This document shows positions 24,845 to 34,215 of a DNA stretch of 64,000 nt, in pieces. The notes beneath the pieces were generated by a model. The model was not told the DNA's origin and searched no databases. It saw nothing but the letters and a program-made list of their open reading frames with translations. Numbering within the stretch: position 1 is the first letter of the stretch; each line of letters starts with the position of its first letter. The stretch lies in assembly GCA_026416295.1 (NCBI GenBank), contig JAOAFL010000080.1, positions 341 to 64,340 on the forward strand, read 5' to 3'. This stretch comes from Burkholderiales bacterium (GTDB taxonomy: Bacteria; Pseudomonadota; Gammaproteobacteria; Burkholderiales; SG8-39). The position numbers and the translations under genes are program-made.

Positions 24845-25253
24845 CGTCGCGGTGCAGCGCGCGGTGCGCGGCGCACCGCCCGCGCGCGCTCTGGCGCGCT
24901 ATGCGCGCGCGGCCGCGCGCGCCGGCATGGCGGTGACGCTGCGCGTCGTCGGCGCCGCCGAGGCGCGGCGGCTGAACCGCACCTTCCGCCGGCGCGACTA
25001 CGCGCCGAACGTGCTCGCGTTCGACTACGGCGAGGGCGCGGGCGACATCGTGCTCTGTCACCCGGTGATCCGGCGCGAAGCGCGCGCGCAGCGCAAGCGC
25101 CTCGCGGCCCACTACGCGCACCTGGTGGTGCACGGCATGCTGCATCTGCGCGGCTACGATCACGCGCGCCGCGCCGACGCCGCGCGCATGCGCCGCGCCG
25201 AAGCCCGCGTCCTGCGCCGGCTCGGGTTCGCCGACCCCTACGCGGTAGAATGA
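24798..25253 (+). CDS. ybeY: rRNA maturation RNase YbeY
   Basis: 151-aa ORF. Zn motif 'HLVVHGMLHLRGYDH'. The start could alternatively be GTG 24852. Confidence 0.85.
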   Translation: MPTSATPPARRARRPSVAVQRAVRGAPPARALARYARAAARAGMAVTLRVVGAAEARRLNRTFRRRDYAPNVLAFDYGEGAGDIVLCHPVIRREARAQRKRLAAHYAHLVVHGMLHLRGYDHARRADAARMRRAEARVLRRLGFADPYAVE

Positions 25254-25287
25254 CGCGCGAGGCCCGCGCCGCGCGCGCCGCTCGCCG

Positions 25288-26112
25288 ATGAACGATCCCT
25301 CACGACCCCGCCTGCTCGAGCGCCTGTCGGCGCTGGTGGCGCGCCTGCCCGCCGACCGCGAGGGGCTGCTCGCGCTGCTGCGCCAGGCCTACCAGCGCAA
25401 CCTGATCGACGCCGACGCGCTCTCGATCATCGAAGGCGCGCTCGCCGTCTCCGAGATGCAGGTGCGCGACATCATGATCCCGCGCGCGCAGATGGACGTG
25501 ATCGACATCCACGCGCGCGTCGAGGACATCATCCCGCAGGTGATCGCGACCGCGCACTCGCGTTTTCCGGTCATCGACCGCGACCGCGACGACGTGATCG
25601 GCATCCTGCTCGCGAAAGACCTGCTGCGCTACCACGTCGCGCGCGAGGAGTTCGACGTGCGCGAGATGCTGCGGCCGGCGGTGTTCGTGCCCGAGGCGAA
25701 GCGTCTGAACGTGCTGCTGCGCGAGTTCCGCGCGAGCCGCAACCACATGGCGATCGTCGTCGACGAGTACGGCGGCGTGGCGGGCCTGGTCACGATCGAG
25801 GACGTGCTCGAGCAGATCGTCGGCGACATCGAGGACGAATACGACTTCGACGAGGCGAGCGACAACATCCTGCCCGAGCCCGGGGGCCGCTGGCGGGTGA
25901 AGGCGATCACGCAGATCGCCGACTTCAACGCCGCCTTCGGCACCGCGTTCCCCGAGGACACGAGCGACACCATCGGCGGGTTCGTGATCGCGCACCTCGG
26001 ACGGCTGCCGCGGCGCGGCGAGACGTTCGTCGCCGGCGGCCTGCGGTTCCAGGTGCTGCGCGCCGACAGCCGGCGCGTCTACACGCTGATCGTCGAGAAG
26101 CCGCGCGCGTGA
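25288..26112 (+). CDS. corC: CBS-pair/CorC_HlyC domain protein (Mg/Co efflux-associated CorC/YbeX)
   Basis: 274-aa ORF. '[11 protein letters not shown]', 'HSRFPV', '[33 protein letters not shown]'. Confidence 0.9.
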   Translation: MNDPSRPRLLERLSALVARLPADREGLLALLRQAYQRNLIDADALSIIEGALAVSEMQVRDIMIPRAQMDVIDIHARVEDIIPQVIATAHSRFPVIDRDRDDVIGILLAKDLLRYHVAREEFDVREMLRPAVFVPEAKRLNVLLREFRASRNHMAIVVDEYGGVAGLVTIEDVLEQIVGDIEDEYDFDEASDNILPEPGGRWRVKAITQIADFNAAFGTAFPEDTSDTIGGFVIAHLGRLPRRGETFVAGGLRFQVLRADSRRVYTLIVEKPRA

Positions 26113-27572
26113 AGGGCCTTGCGGCTGCGTTCGCTGCGGGCGCCGCGGCGGTCGCCGGTTTCGCGCCGCTCGGCCTGTTCGCCGCGCTGCTTGGCGCGCT
26201 CGTCGCGCTCGTCGAGCTGCTGATCTCGGCCGCGTCGGCCGCGCGCGCCGCCGCGCTCGGTTTCGCCTTCGGGCTGGGCCTGTTCGGCGCGGGCGTGTCC
26301 TGGGTGTACGTGAGCCTTGCGCGCTACGGCGGCATGCCCGCGCCGCTCGCCGCCCTCGGCACGATCGGCTTCTGCGCGTTTCTCGCGCTCTTTCCGGCCG
26401 CTGCCGCCTGGGCGGAGGCGCGGCTCGCCGGCCGCGCGCCGCGCGCCGCGCGCGCCGCGCTCTCGCTTCCGGCCGCCTGGGTGCTCGCCGAATGGCTGCG
26501 CGGCTGGCTCTTCAGCGGCTTTCCGTGGCTTTCGCTCGGCTACGCCGCGACCGACGATCCGCTCGCGGGCTTTGCGCCGGCGGGCGGCGTCTACGCCGTC
26601 TCGCTCGCGCTCGCGTGCGCCGCGGGCCTTCTCTGGTGCGTCGCGCGCGGCGAAGCGCGCCGCGTCGCGCTCGTCGCGCTCGCGCTGCTCCTTGCGGCCG
26701 GCTACGCGTTGCGCCTCGTCGAGTGGACGCGCCCCGCCGGCCCGCCGCTCGCGGTCGCGCTCCTTCAGGGCAACGTGCCGCAGGAGCTCAAGTTCAGCGA
26801 GTCGCGCTACGAGGCGATCCTCACCACCTACGCGCAACTCGCCGAGGAATCGCGCGCACGCCTGATCGTGTTTCCGGAAACCGCGGTGCCGCGCTTTCTC
26901 GACCGCGTCGATCCCGCGTACCTCGCGCGGCTTCGGGACGTCGCGCAGCGAAACGGCGGCGATCTGCTCCTCGGCGTGCCGACGCGCGCGGGCGCCGCCT
27001 ACTTCAACAGCGTCGTCAGTCTCGGCGTCTCGCCCGCGCAGGTCTACCACAAGGTGCATCTCGTGCCCTTCGGCGAATTCGTGCCGCCGGGCTTTTCCTG
27101 GATCGTGCGCGTGCTCTCGATTCCGCTGTCCGACTTCGCGCGCGGCAGTCCGGCGCAGCCGCCGCTCGCGGTCGCCGGCGAGCGGATCGCGGTGACGATC
27201 TGCTACGAGGACGCCTTCGGCGCCGAGCTGCGCCGCAGGCTCCCCGAGGCGTCGCTGCTCGTCAACGTCTCGAACGTCGCCTGGTTCGGCGATTCGCTCG
27301 CACCGGCGCAGCACCTGCAGATCGCGCGCATGCGCGCGCTCGAGAGCGGGCGCTGGCATCTGACGGCGGCGAACACCGGCATCAGCGCCGCGATCGCGCC
27401 CGACGGCACGGTGCGCGCGACGATGCCGCAGTTTGCGCGCGGTCGCGTCGAAGCCGAGGTGCGCGGCCACGCGGGCGCGACGCCCTGGATGCGCGCAGGC
27501 GACGCGCCGGCGATCGCGCTCGCCGCGTTCCTCCTCGGCGCCTGCGCCGTGCGCGCGCGCACCGTTCGCTAA
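26109..27572 (+). CDS. lnt: apolipoprotein N-acyltransferase
   Basis: 487-aa ORF with GTG start overlapping the corC stop. Multi-TM N-terminus followed by a CN-hydrolase domain: '[10 protein letters not shown]', '[10 protein letters not shown]'. Confidence 0.9.
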   Translation: MKGLAAAFAAGAAAVAGFAPLGLFAALLGALVALVELLISAASAARAAALGFAFGLGLFGAGVSWVYVSLARYGGMPAPLAALGTIGFCAFLALFPAAAAWAEARLAGRAPRAARAALSLPAAWVLAEWLRGWLFSGFPWLSLGYAATDDPLAGFAPAGGVYAVSLALACAAGLLWCVARGEARRVALVALALLLAAGYALRLVEWTRPAGPPLAVALLQGNVPQELKFSESRYEAILTTYAQLAEESRARLIVFPETAVPRFLDRVDPAYLARLRDVAQRNGGDLLLGVPTRAGAAYFNSVVSLGVSPAQVYHKVHLVPFGEFVPPGFSWIVRVLSIPLSDFARGSPAQPPLAVAGERIAVTICYEDAFGAELRRRLPEASLLVNVSNVAWFGDSLAPAQHLQIARMRALESGRWHLTAANTGISAAIAPDGTVRATMPQFARGRVEAEVRGHAGATPWMRAGDAPAIALAAFLLGACAVRARTVR

Positions 27573-27583
27573 AATCGCGCGCG

Positions 27584-28465
27584 ATGATCACCTTCCAGGG
27601 TCTGATCCTGCGGCTCTCGGAATACTGGGACCGGCACGGCTGCGCGCTGCTTCAGCCCTACGACATGGAGGTGGGTGCCGGCACCTTTCACACCGCGACG
27701 TTCCTGCGCGCGATCGGGCCGGAACCCTGGCGCGCCGCGTACGTGCAACCCTCGCGCCGGCCGAAGGACGGCCGCTACGGCGAGAACCCGAACCGCCTGC
27801 AGCACTACTACCAGTATCAGGTGGTGATGAAACCCTCGCCCGTCGAGCTTCAGGATCTCTATCTCGGCTCGCTCGTCGCGCTCGGCATCGACCCGCGCGA
27901 GCACGACATCCGCTTCGTCGAAGACGACTGGGAATCGCCGACGCTCGGCGCCTGGGGGCTCGGCTGGGAAGTGTGGCTGGACGGCATGGAGGTGACGCAA
28001 TTCACCTACTTCCAGGAAGTGGGCGGACTCGCCTGCCGGCCGGTGCTCGGCGAGATCACCTACGGGCTCGAGCGGCTCGCGATGTACCTGCAGGGCAAGG
28101 AATCGGTGTTCGACCTCGTGTGGGTCCCCGGGCTCACCTACGGCGACGTCTACCGCCAGAACGAGGTCGAGCAGTCGCGTTACAACTTCGAGCTCGCGAA
28201 CGCGGCGCTGCTTGCGCGCCACTTCGACGAGTACGAGTCCGAGGCGAAGCGTCTGGTCGCCGCGCAATGCGTGCTGCCCGCCTACGAGATGGTGATGCGC
28301 GCCTCGCACACGTTCAACCTGCTCGATGCGCGCGGCGCGATCTCGGTCACCGAGCGCGCCGCCTACATCGCCCGCGTGCGCGCGCTCGCGCGCGCGGTCG
28401 CCGAGGCCTATTACGCGTCGCGCGAGCGGCTCGGCTTTCCGATGCTCGCGCGCAAGGCGGGCTAG
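27584..28465 (+). CDS. glyQ: glycine--tRNA ligase alpha subunit
   Basis: Tail of ORF 26492..28465 from '[43 protein letters not shown]', a near-invariant GlyQ sequence. TAAAAT -10-like box at 27571. Confidence 0.97.
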   Translation: MITFQGLILRLSEYWDRHGCALLQPYDMEVGAGTFHTATFLRAIGPEPWRAAYVQPSRRPKDGRYGENPNRLQHYYQYQVVMKPSPVELQDLYLGSLVALGIDPREHDIRFVEDDWESPTLGAWGLGWEVWLDGMEVTQFTYFQEVGGLACRPVLGEITYGLERLAMYLQGKESVFDLVWVPGLTYGDVYRQNEVEQSRYNFELANAALLARHFDEYESEAKRLVAAQCVLPAYEMVMRASHTFNLLDARGAISVTERAAYIARVRALARAVAEAYYASRERLGFPMLARKAG

Positions 28466-30538
28466 ATGGCCGAGGCGCCGCTGCTCGTGGAACTCCTCAC
28501 CGAGGAGCTGCCGCCGAAGGCGCTGCGCGCGATGGCCGAGCAGCTGCGCGAGGCGCTCGTCGCCGAGCTGCGCGCCGACGGCTTCGTCGCCGAGCCGGCC
28601 GAGGCGCGCGCGTTCGCGACGCCGCGGCGCCTGGCGGTGCTCGTCGCCGCGGTGCGCGCGATCGCGCCCGAGCAGACGGTCGAGCTGCGCGGTCCGGCGA
28701 TCGGTGCGCCGGCGCAGGCGGTCGAGGGCTTTGCGCGCCGGCACGGCGTCGCGCCCGAGGCGCTCGTTCGCGTCGAGACCGACAAGGGCGCCGTCCACGC
28801 CGTGCGCCGGCGCGTCGCGGGCGCGGCGCTCGAGGCGGTGCTCGAGCGCAAGCTCGCGCGCGCGCTCGCGCAGCTTCCGGTGCCGAAGCGCATGCGCTGG
28901 GGCGAGGGCGAAGAGTCGTTCGTGCGTCCGGTGCACGGGCTGGTGATGCTGCACGGCGCGCGCGTCGTGCCGGGCCGGATCTTCGGCCTTGCGTCGTCGA
29001 ACCGCACGCGCGGCCACCGCTTTCTCGGCGCGGCCGAGATCGCGCTCGCGAGCGCCGACGAATACGAGCGGCGGCTGCTCGAAGAAGGTCGCGTGATCGC
29101 CTCGTTCGACGCGCGCCGGCGCGAGATCGAGGCGCAGCTCGCCGCCGCCGCCGCGCGCCTCGGCGCAACCCTCGGCGACTGCGACGCGCTCGTCGAGGAG
29201 GTCGCCGCGCTCGTCGAATACCCGACGGTGTACGTCGGCGCGTTCGACCCCCGCTATCTGGAGGTGCCGGCCGAGTGCCTCGTGCTCACGATGCGCCAGC
29301 ACCAGAAGTACTTTCCGCTTTTCGACGCCGCTGGAAAGCTCCTGCCGCGCTTTCTCATCGTCTCGAACATGCGCGTGCCCGATCCCCGCCACATCGTCGC
29401 CGGCAACGAGCGCGTCGTGCGCCCGCGGCTCGAGGACGCGCGTTTTTTCTTCGAGCAGGACCGCCGCGTGCGGCTCGAGGCGCGCGTGCCGCAGCTTGCG
29501 CGCGTCGTCTATCACCGCCGGCTCGGCACCCAGCTCGAGCGCGTCGAGCGGCTGCAGCTGCTGTCGGGCCACATCGCGCGCGCGCTCGGCGCCGACGTCG
29601 CGGCCGCCGAGCGGGCCGCCTGGCTCGCCAAGGCCGACCTGCTCACCGGGATGGTCGGCGAGTTCCCGGAACTGCAGGGCGTGATGGGCCGCTACTACGC
29701 GCGCCACGACGGCGAGCCCGAGGCGGTGTGCGAGGCGATCGGCGCGCAGTACCTGCCGCGGTTTCCGGCGCTCGCGCACGCGCGCGACCGGGTGAGCGCC
29801 TGCCTGTACCTCGCCGAGCGGCTCGACGCCCTCGTCGGGCTCTTCGGCATCGGCGAGGCGCCGACCGGGGAAAAGGACCCGTTCGGCCTGCGTCGCGCCG
29901 CCTTCGGCGTGATCAGCGTCTACGAGCTGCTCGGCGAGGCGCACGCGCTCGATCGGGCGCGCGCGCCCGACCTCGGCGCGCTGCTCGCGCACGCGGCCTC
30001 GCTCTTTCCGCCGGGCACGCTCGCGCCCGAGGCGCCGGCGGCGGTGCACGACTTCGTGTTCGAGCGCTACCGCCACCACCTCGCCGCGCGCCACGCGAAG
30101 GATTGCATCGACGCGGTGATCAGCCGCCGGCCGCCGCTCGACGAAGTGCTCGCGCGCGTGCGCGCGCTCGAGGCGTTCCGCGCCGACCCCGCGGCCGAGA
30201 GCCTCGCTGCGGCGAACAAGCGCATCCGCAACATCCTGCGCAAGTCGGCCGCCGCGTCCGGCGCGCTCGACGAGCGGCTGCTCGCCGAGCCCGCCGAGCG
30301 CGCGCTCTTCGAGGCGATGCGCCGCACCGAGCCGCAGGTCGCGCAGCGCAGCGCGCGGCGCGATTTTGCCGGCACGCTCGAGGCGCTCGCCGCGCTGCGC
30401 GCCCCGGTGGACGCGTTCTTCGACAGCGTGCGCGTGAACGCCGAGGACGCGGGCACGCGCGCGAATCGCCATGCGCTGCTTCGCCGGCTGGATGCGCTCC
30501 TCAACGAGGTCGCCGACATCTCCCGGCTCGCCGCATGA
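28466..30538 (+). CDS. glyS: glycine--tRNA ligase beta subunit
   Basis: 690-aa ORF starting immediately after the glyQ stop. 'LLVELLTEELPPKAL', 'RRLAVLV'. Confidence 0.95.
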   Translation: MAEAPLLVELLTEELPPKALRAMAEQLREALVAELRADGFVAEPAEARAFATPRRLAVLVAAVRAIAPEQTVELRGPAIGAPAQAVEGFARRHGVAPEALVRVETDKGAVHAVRRRVAGAALEAVLERKLARALAQLPVPKRMRWGEGEESFVRPVHGLVMLHGARVVPGRIFGLASSNRTRGHRFLGAAEIALASADEYERRLLEEGRVIASFDARRREIEAQLAAAAARLGATLGDCDALVEEVAALVEYPTVYVGAFDPRYLEVPAECLVLTMRQHQKYFPLFDAAGKLLPRFLIVSNMRVPDPRHIVAGNERVVRPRLEDARFFFEQDRRVRLEARVPQLARVVYHRRLGTQLERVERLQLLSGHIARALGADVAAAERAAWLAKADLLTGMVGEFPELQGVMGRYYARHDGEPEAVCEAIGAQYLPRFPALAHARDRVSACLYLAERLDALVGLFGIGEAPTGEKDPFGLRRAAFGVISVYELLGEAHALDRARAPDLGALLAHAASLFPPGTLAPEAPAAVHDFVFERYRHHLAARHAKDCIDAVISRRPPLDEVLARVRALEAFRADPAAESLAAANKRIRNILRKSAAASGALDERLLAEPAERALFEAMRRTEPQVAQRSARRDFAGTLEALAALRAPVDAFFDSVRVNAEDAGTRANRHALLRRLDALLNEVADISRLAA

Positions 30539-31068
30539 AACTGATCGTCCTCGACCGCGACGGCACGATCAACTTCGACAGCGACCAGTACATCAAGTCG
30601 CCGGCCGAGTGGCGGCCGATCCCCGGGAGCCCGGAGGCGATCGCCCGCCTGAACCACAGCGGCTGGCGCGTGGTGGTCGCGACCAACCAGTCGGGGCTGG
30701 CGCGCGGGCTGTTCGACATGGCGACCCTCAACGCGATCCACGCCGAGATGCACCGCGCGGTCGCGCAGGCAGGCGGGCGCATCGACGCGATCTTCTTCTG
30801 CCCGCACGCGGCCGACGCCGGCTGCGGCTGCCGCAAGCCGAAACCGGGAATGCTGCACGAGATCGCGCGCCGGCTGAACGTCGAGCTCGCCGGCGTGCCG
30901 GTGGCCGGCGATTCGCTGAAGGACCTGCAGGCGGCGGCCGCGGTCGGCGCACGCCCGATGCTCGTGCTCACCGGCAAGGGCGAGAAGACGCGCGCGGCGG
31001 GCGAACTGCCGCCCGGGACCGAGATCTATCCGGACCTCGCCGCGCTCGCCGCGCGGCTTGCGCCGTGA
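30535..31068 (+). CDS. gmhB: D-glycero-beta-D-manno-heptose 1,7-bisphosphate 7-phosphatase
   Basis: Tail of ORF 27433..31068 from '[13 protein letters not shown]' (HAD DxDGT). Zn cluster '[19 protein letters not shown]'. ATGA overlap with glyS. Confidence 0.9.
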   Translation: MKLIVLDRDGTINFDSDQYIKSPAEWRPIPGSPEAIARLNHSGWRVVVATNQSGLARGLFDMATLNAIHAEMHRAVAQAGGRIDAIFFCPHAADAGCGCRKPKPGMLHEIARRLNVELAGVPVAGDSLKDLQAAAAVGARPMLVLTGKGEKTRAAGELPPGTEIYPDLAALAARLAP

Positions 31069-31781
31069 CGGCGCTGCGCTCGGCGCTCTTCCTGCTCGCG
31101 CTGGCGCTCGTGACGCCGCCCTACGCGCTCTTTGCGCTCGCCTGCGCGCCGCTGCCCGCGCTTGCGCGCAACCGCGCGATCGCGTACTGGACCCGGATCG
31201 CGGTGACGCTCGCGCGCGTGCTGCTCGGCATCCGCTACCGCGTCGAGGGGGCCGAGCGCCTGCCCGATCGCCCGGCGGTGGTGCTCGCGAAACACCAGTC
31301 GGCCTACGAGACGCTCGCGTTCAACCAGATCTTTCCGCCGCAGGTGCACGTGGTCAAGCGCGAGCTGCTCTGGATCCCGTTTTTCGGCTGGGGGCTCGCG
31401 CTCATGAGCCCGATCGCGATCGACCGCGCGCGCGGCGTGCGCGCGCTGCGCCAGATCGCGCGCCGCGGCCGCGAGCGCCTCGCGCAGGGCTTCTGGGTCA
31501 TCGTGTTCCCCGAGGGCACCCGCGTCGCCCCGGGCGAGCGGCGCCGCTACCGGCTGGGCGGGGCGTGGCTCGCGGTCGCTGCCGGCGCGCCGGTGGTGCC
31601 GGTCGCGCACAACGCCGGGCTCGTCTGGCCGCGCCGCGCGTTCCTGAAGCGCGCGGGCACGGTCACTTTCCGCATCGGCCGCCCGATTCCGACCGCCGGG
31701 CGCGATCCGGCGGAGGTGAACGCGGAAGCCGAGCGCTGGATCGAGGCGCAGCAACGCGAGCTTTGTCCGGCGCGGGGGTAG
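31065..31781 (+). CDS. plsC: 1-acyl-sn-glycerol-3-phosphate acyltransferase
   Basis: Tail of ORF 30471..31781 from GTG 31065 (GTGA overlap). Acyltransferase motifs 'AKHQSAYE' (HX4D-type variant) and 'VFPEGTR'. Confidence 0.85.
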   Translation: MTALRSALFLLALALVTPPYALFALACAPLPALARNRAIAYWTRIAVTLARVLLGIRYRVEGAERLPDRPAVVLAKHQSAYETLAFNQIFPPQVHVVKRELLWIPFFGWGLALMSPIAIDRARGVRALRQIARRGRERLAQGFWVIVFPEGTRVAPGERRRYRLGGAWLAVAAGAPVVPVAHNAGLVWPRRAFLKRAGTVTFRIGRPIPTAGRDPAEVNAEAERWIEAQQRELCPARG

Positions 31782-31804
31782 ACTCGCGAGGAGCGGAGGA
31801 CGCG

Positions 31805-32188
31805 ATGAGGATCCTGCACACCATGCTGCGCGTCGGCGACCTCGAGCGCTCGGTGAAGTTCTACACCGAGGTGCTCGGCATGAAGCTGCTGCGCACGGTC
31901 GACCGGCCGGAACAGAAGTATTCGCTCGCCTTCGTCGGCTACGACGACGAAGACCGTTCGGCGGTGCTCGAGCTCACCTACAACTACGGCGTCAGCCGCT
32001 ACGAGCTCGGCACTGCGTTCGGCCACATCGCGATCGAGGTGCCCGATGCCGCAGCGGCCTGCGCCGCGGTACGCGCCCGAGGCGGCAAGGTCACGCGCGA
32101 GGCCGGACCGGTGAAGGGCGGGACCACGGTCATCGCGTTCGTCGAAGACCCCGACGGCTACAAGATCGAGTTCATCGAGCGAAAGTAG
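31805..32188 (+). CDS. gloA: lactoylglutathione lyase (glyoxalase I)
   Basis: Tail of ORF 31058..32188 from '[30 protein letters not shown]'. 'ELTYNYG', 'GHIAIEV', '[11 protein letters not shown]'. Confidence 0.93.
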   Translation: MRILHTMLRVGDLERSVKFYTEVLGMKLLRTVDRPEQKYSLAFVGYDDEDRSAVLELTYNYGVSRYELGTAFGHIAIEVPDAAAACAAVRARGGKVTREAGPVKGGTTVIAFVEDPDGYKIEFIERK

Positions 32189-32921
32189 CCGCAAGCCGCA
32201 GATAGTCGGCGGGCGACAGGTCCTCGGGGCGCGCGGCCGGATCGAACCCGAGCGCGGCCAGTTCCGTCGCCGGCAGGCCGAGCGCGTTGCGCAGCGTCTT
32301 CCTGCGCGCGCTGAAGGCACGCCGCAAGAGCGGCGCGAACGCCGCCGGCGGCGCCGGCGCACCGAGCGGCACGAGGCGCACGAACGCCGATTCGACCGCC
32401 GGCGGCGGCCGGAACGCCCCCCGCCCGACGGTGAAAAGGCGCGTCATCGCGAAGCGAACCTGCAGCGCGACCGAGAGCCGCCCGTACGACGGCGTTCCGG
32501 GCTCGGCGACCATGCGCTCGACCACCTCGCGCTGCAGCATGAAGTGGCAGTCGCGCACGCGCTCGCCCTGCGCCGCGACGCGGAAAAGGAACGCGGTGGA
32601 GATGTTGTACGGCAGGTTGCCGACGAGGCGCGCGCCGGCCGGGAGCCGCGCCAGATCGAATTCGAGCGCGTCGGCGCAGTGCAGCTCGAGCTGCGCCGGC
32701 GCGAACTCGCGCGCAAGCCGCGCGGCGAGGTCGCGGTCGATCTCGATCGCGACCAGGCGCGCGCCGCGCGCGGCGAGCCGCCGCGTAAGCGCGCCCTCGC
32801 CCGGCCCGATCTCGACGAGGAGCTCGCCCGCAGCCGGGGCGATCGCCTCGACGATGCGTTCGAGCACCGCCGGATCGTGCAGGAAATGCTGCCCGAAGCG
32901 CTTCCTCGGGCGGTGCCGCAT
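32172..32921 (-). CDS. rsmA: 16S rRNA (adenine1518/1519-N6)-dimethyltransferase
   Basis: ORF 32172..32978 trimmed to '[16 protein letters not shown]'. SAM motif '[11 protein letters not shown]'. 'GNLPYNIST'. ATG overlaps the surA stop by 1 nt (TGATG). Confidence 0.92.
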   Translation of the reverse strand: MRHRPRKRFGQHFLHDPAVLERIVEAIAPAAGELLVEIGPGEGALTRRLAARGARLVAIEIDRDLAARLAREFAPAQLELHCADALEFDLARLPAGARLVGNLPYNISTAFLFRVAAQGERVRDCHFMLQREVVERMVAEPGTPSYGRLSVALQVRFAMTRLFTVGRGAFRPPPAVESAFVRLVPLGAPAPPAAFAPLLRRAFSARRKTLRNALGLPATELAALGFDPAARPEDLSPADYLRLAATFAR

Positions 32922-34213
32922 CAGGGCTGCTCGAGCCGGATCTCGACCCAGGTGCGGTCGCGCAGCTGGCGCAGCCACTCCTGATACGCCTCCTCGGCCT
33001 TTCGCTCGCGCAGCGCAAGGCGCGCCTGCAGGCGCCGGCGCTCGGGCGTCAGACCCGCGGTGCGGCGTTCGAGCACCTGGATCAGGTGCCAGCCGAGCGG
33101 CGTCTTCACCGGCGCGCTCACCTCGCCCGGCGCGAGCGCGTCCATCGCGCGCTCGAACTCCGGCACGGTGTCGCCCGGAAACACCCAGTCGAGCGAGCCG
33201 CCGCGCGCCGCGGTCGCGTCCTCCGAGTGCTGGCGCGCGAGCTCCGCGAAGTCCGCGCCGCCGATCACGATGCGCTCGCGCAGGTCGGCCAGCTTGCGCC
33301 GCACCTCGGCTTCCGACACCGTCTCGCTCGCGCGCACGAGGATGTGCCGCACCCGCGTCTGCGTCACCTGCGGCTCGCCGCTCGCGCTGCGCGCATCGAG
33401 GAGCTTGAGCACGTGAAAGCCGGCCGGGCTGCGCAGCACGTCGCTCACCTCGCCCGGCTTCATGCGCGCGAGCGCCTCGACGAACAGCTCGGGCAGCCGA
33501 TCGGCCGCCCGCCAGCCCATCGCCCCGCCCGAGAGGGCATCCGCCGCATCCGAGTAGCTCGCCGCAAGGCGCGCAAAATCGCCGCCGGCGAGCGCCTCGG
33601 CGCGCGCCCGCTCGGCCTTGGCGCGCGCCTCCGCGATCCGCTCGGGCGAGGCCTGCTCGGGCAGCCGCACCAGGATGTGCGCGAGGTTGTACTCGGCGGC
33701 GCCGCCTCCGGCGGCGCGGTCCTGCTCGAGAAAGAGGTCGACTTCGGTCTCGCTCACCTCGATGCGGTCGTCGACCTCGCGCTCGCGCAGCCGGGCGAGC
33801 AGCATCTGCACGCGGACCTCTTCGCGGAAGCGCTCGAACGCGACGCCGTCGCGCTCGAGCAGCCGCCGGAACTCGACGGGCGTCAGGCCGTTGTCCTGCG
33901 CGATGCGCTCGAGCGTGCGGTCGAGCTGCGCCTCGTCGATGCGGATGCCGCTTTCCTGCGCGAGCTGCAGCTGCGCTTTCTCGAGGATCAGGCGCTCGAG
34001 GACCTGACGCTCGAGCACCTCCCGCTCGGGCGGCGGCGTGCCCTGGCGGCGCAGCTGCCGCTCGGTCGCCTCGACGCGCTCGCGCAGCTCCGACCAGGTG
34101 ACGACGTCGCGGTTCACCACCGCGACGATACGATCGAGGAGCACGACCGGCTGCGCGGGCGCCGGCCCGAGGGCGGCGAGCAGCGCGGCCGCGATCGCGC
34201 GCGCGCCGCGCAT
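32921..34213 (-). CDS. surA: periplasmic chaperone/peptidyl-prolyl isomerase SurA
   Basis: ORF 32921..34546 trimmed to 'MRGARAIAAALLAALGPAPAQP' (signal peptide). 'DRIVAVVN', two parvulin-like regions ('VRHILV', 'GWHLIQVLERR'). Confidence 0.9.
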   Translation of the reverse strand: MRGARAIAAALLAALGPAPAQPVVLLDRIVAVVNRDVVTWSELRERVEATERQLRRQGTPPPEREVLERQVLERLILEKAQLQLAQESGIRIDEAQLDRTLERIAQDNGLTPVEFRRLLERDGVAFERFREEVRVQMLLARLREREVDDRIEVSETEVDLFLEQDRAAGGGAAEYNLAHILVRLPEQASPERIAEARAKAERARAEALAGGDFARLAASYSDAADALSGGAMGWRAADRLPELFVEALARMKPGEVSDVLRSPAGFHVLKLLDARSASGEPQVTQTRVRHILVRASETVSEAEVRRKLADLRERIVIGGADFAELARQHSEDATAARGGSLDWVFPGDTVPEFERAMDALAPGEVSAPVKTPLGWHLIQVLERRTAGLTPERRRLQARLALRERKAEEAYQEWLRQLRDRTWVEIRLEQP

Positions 34214-34215
34214 CG

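Noticed and set aside
27433-31068. 1211-aa ORF spanning glyQ, glyS and gmhB
   Set aside because: This Arg-rich frame runs across glyQ/glyS. Only the terminal 177 aa (gmhB, ATGA-coupled to glyS) are genuine.
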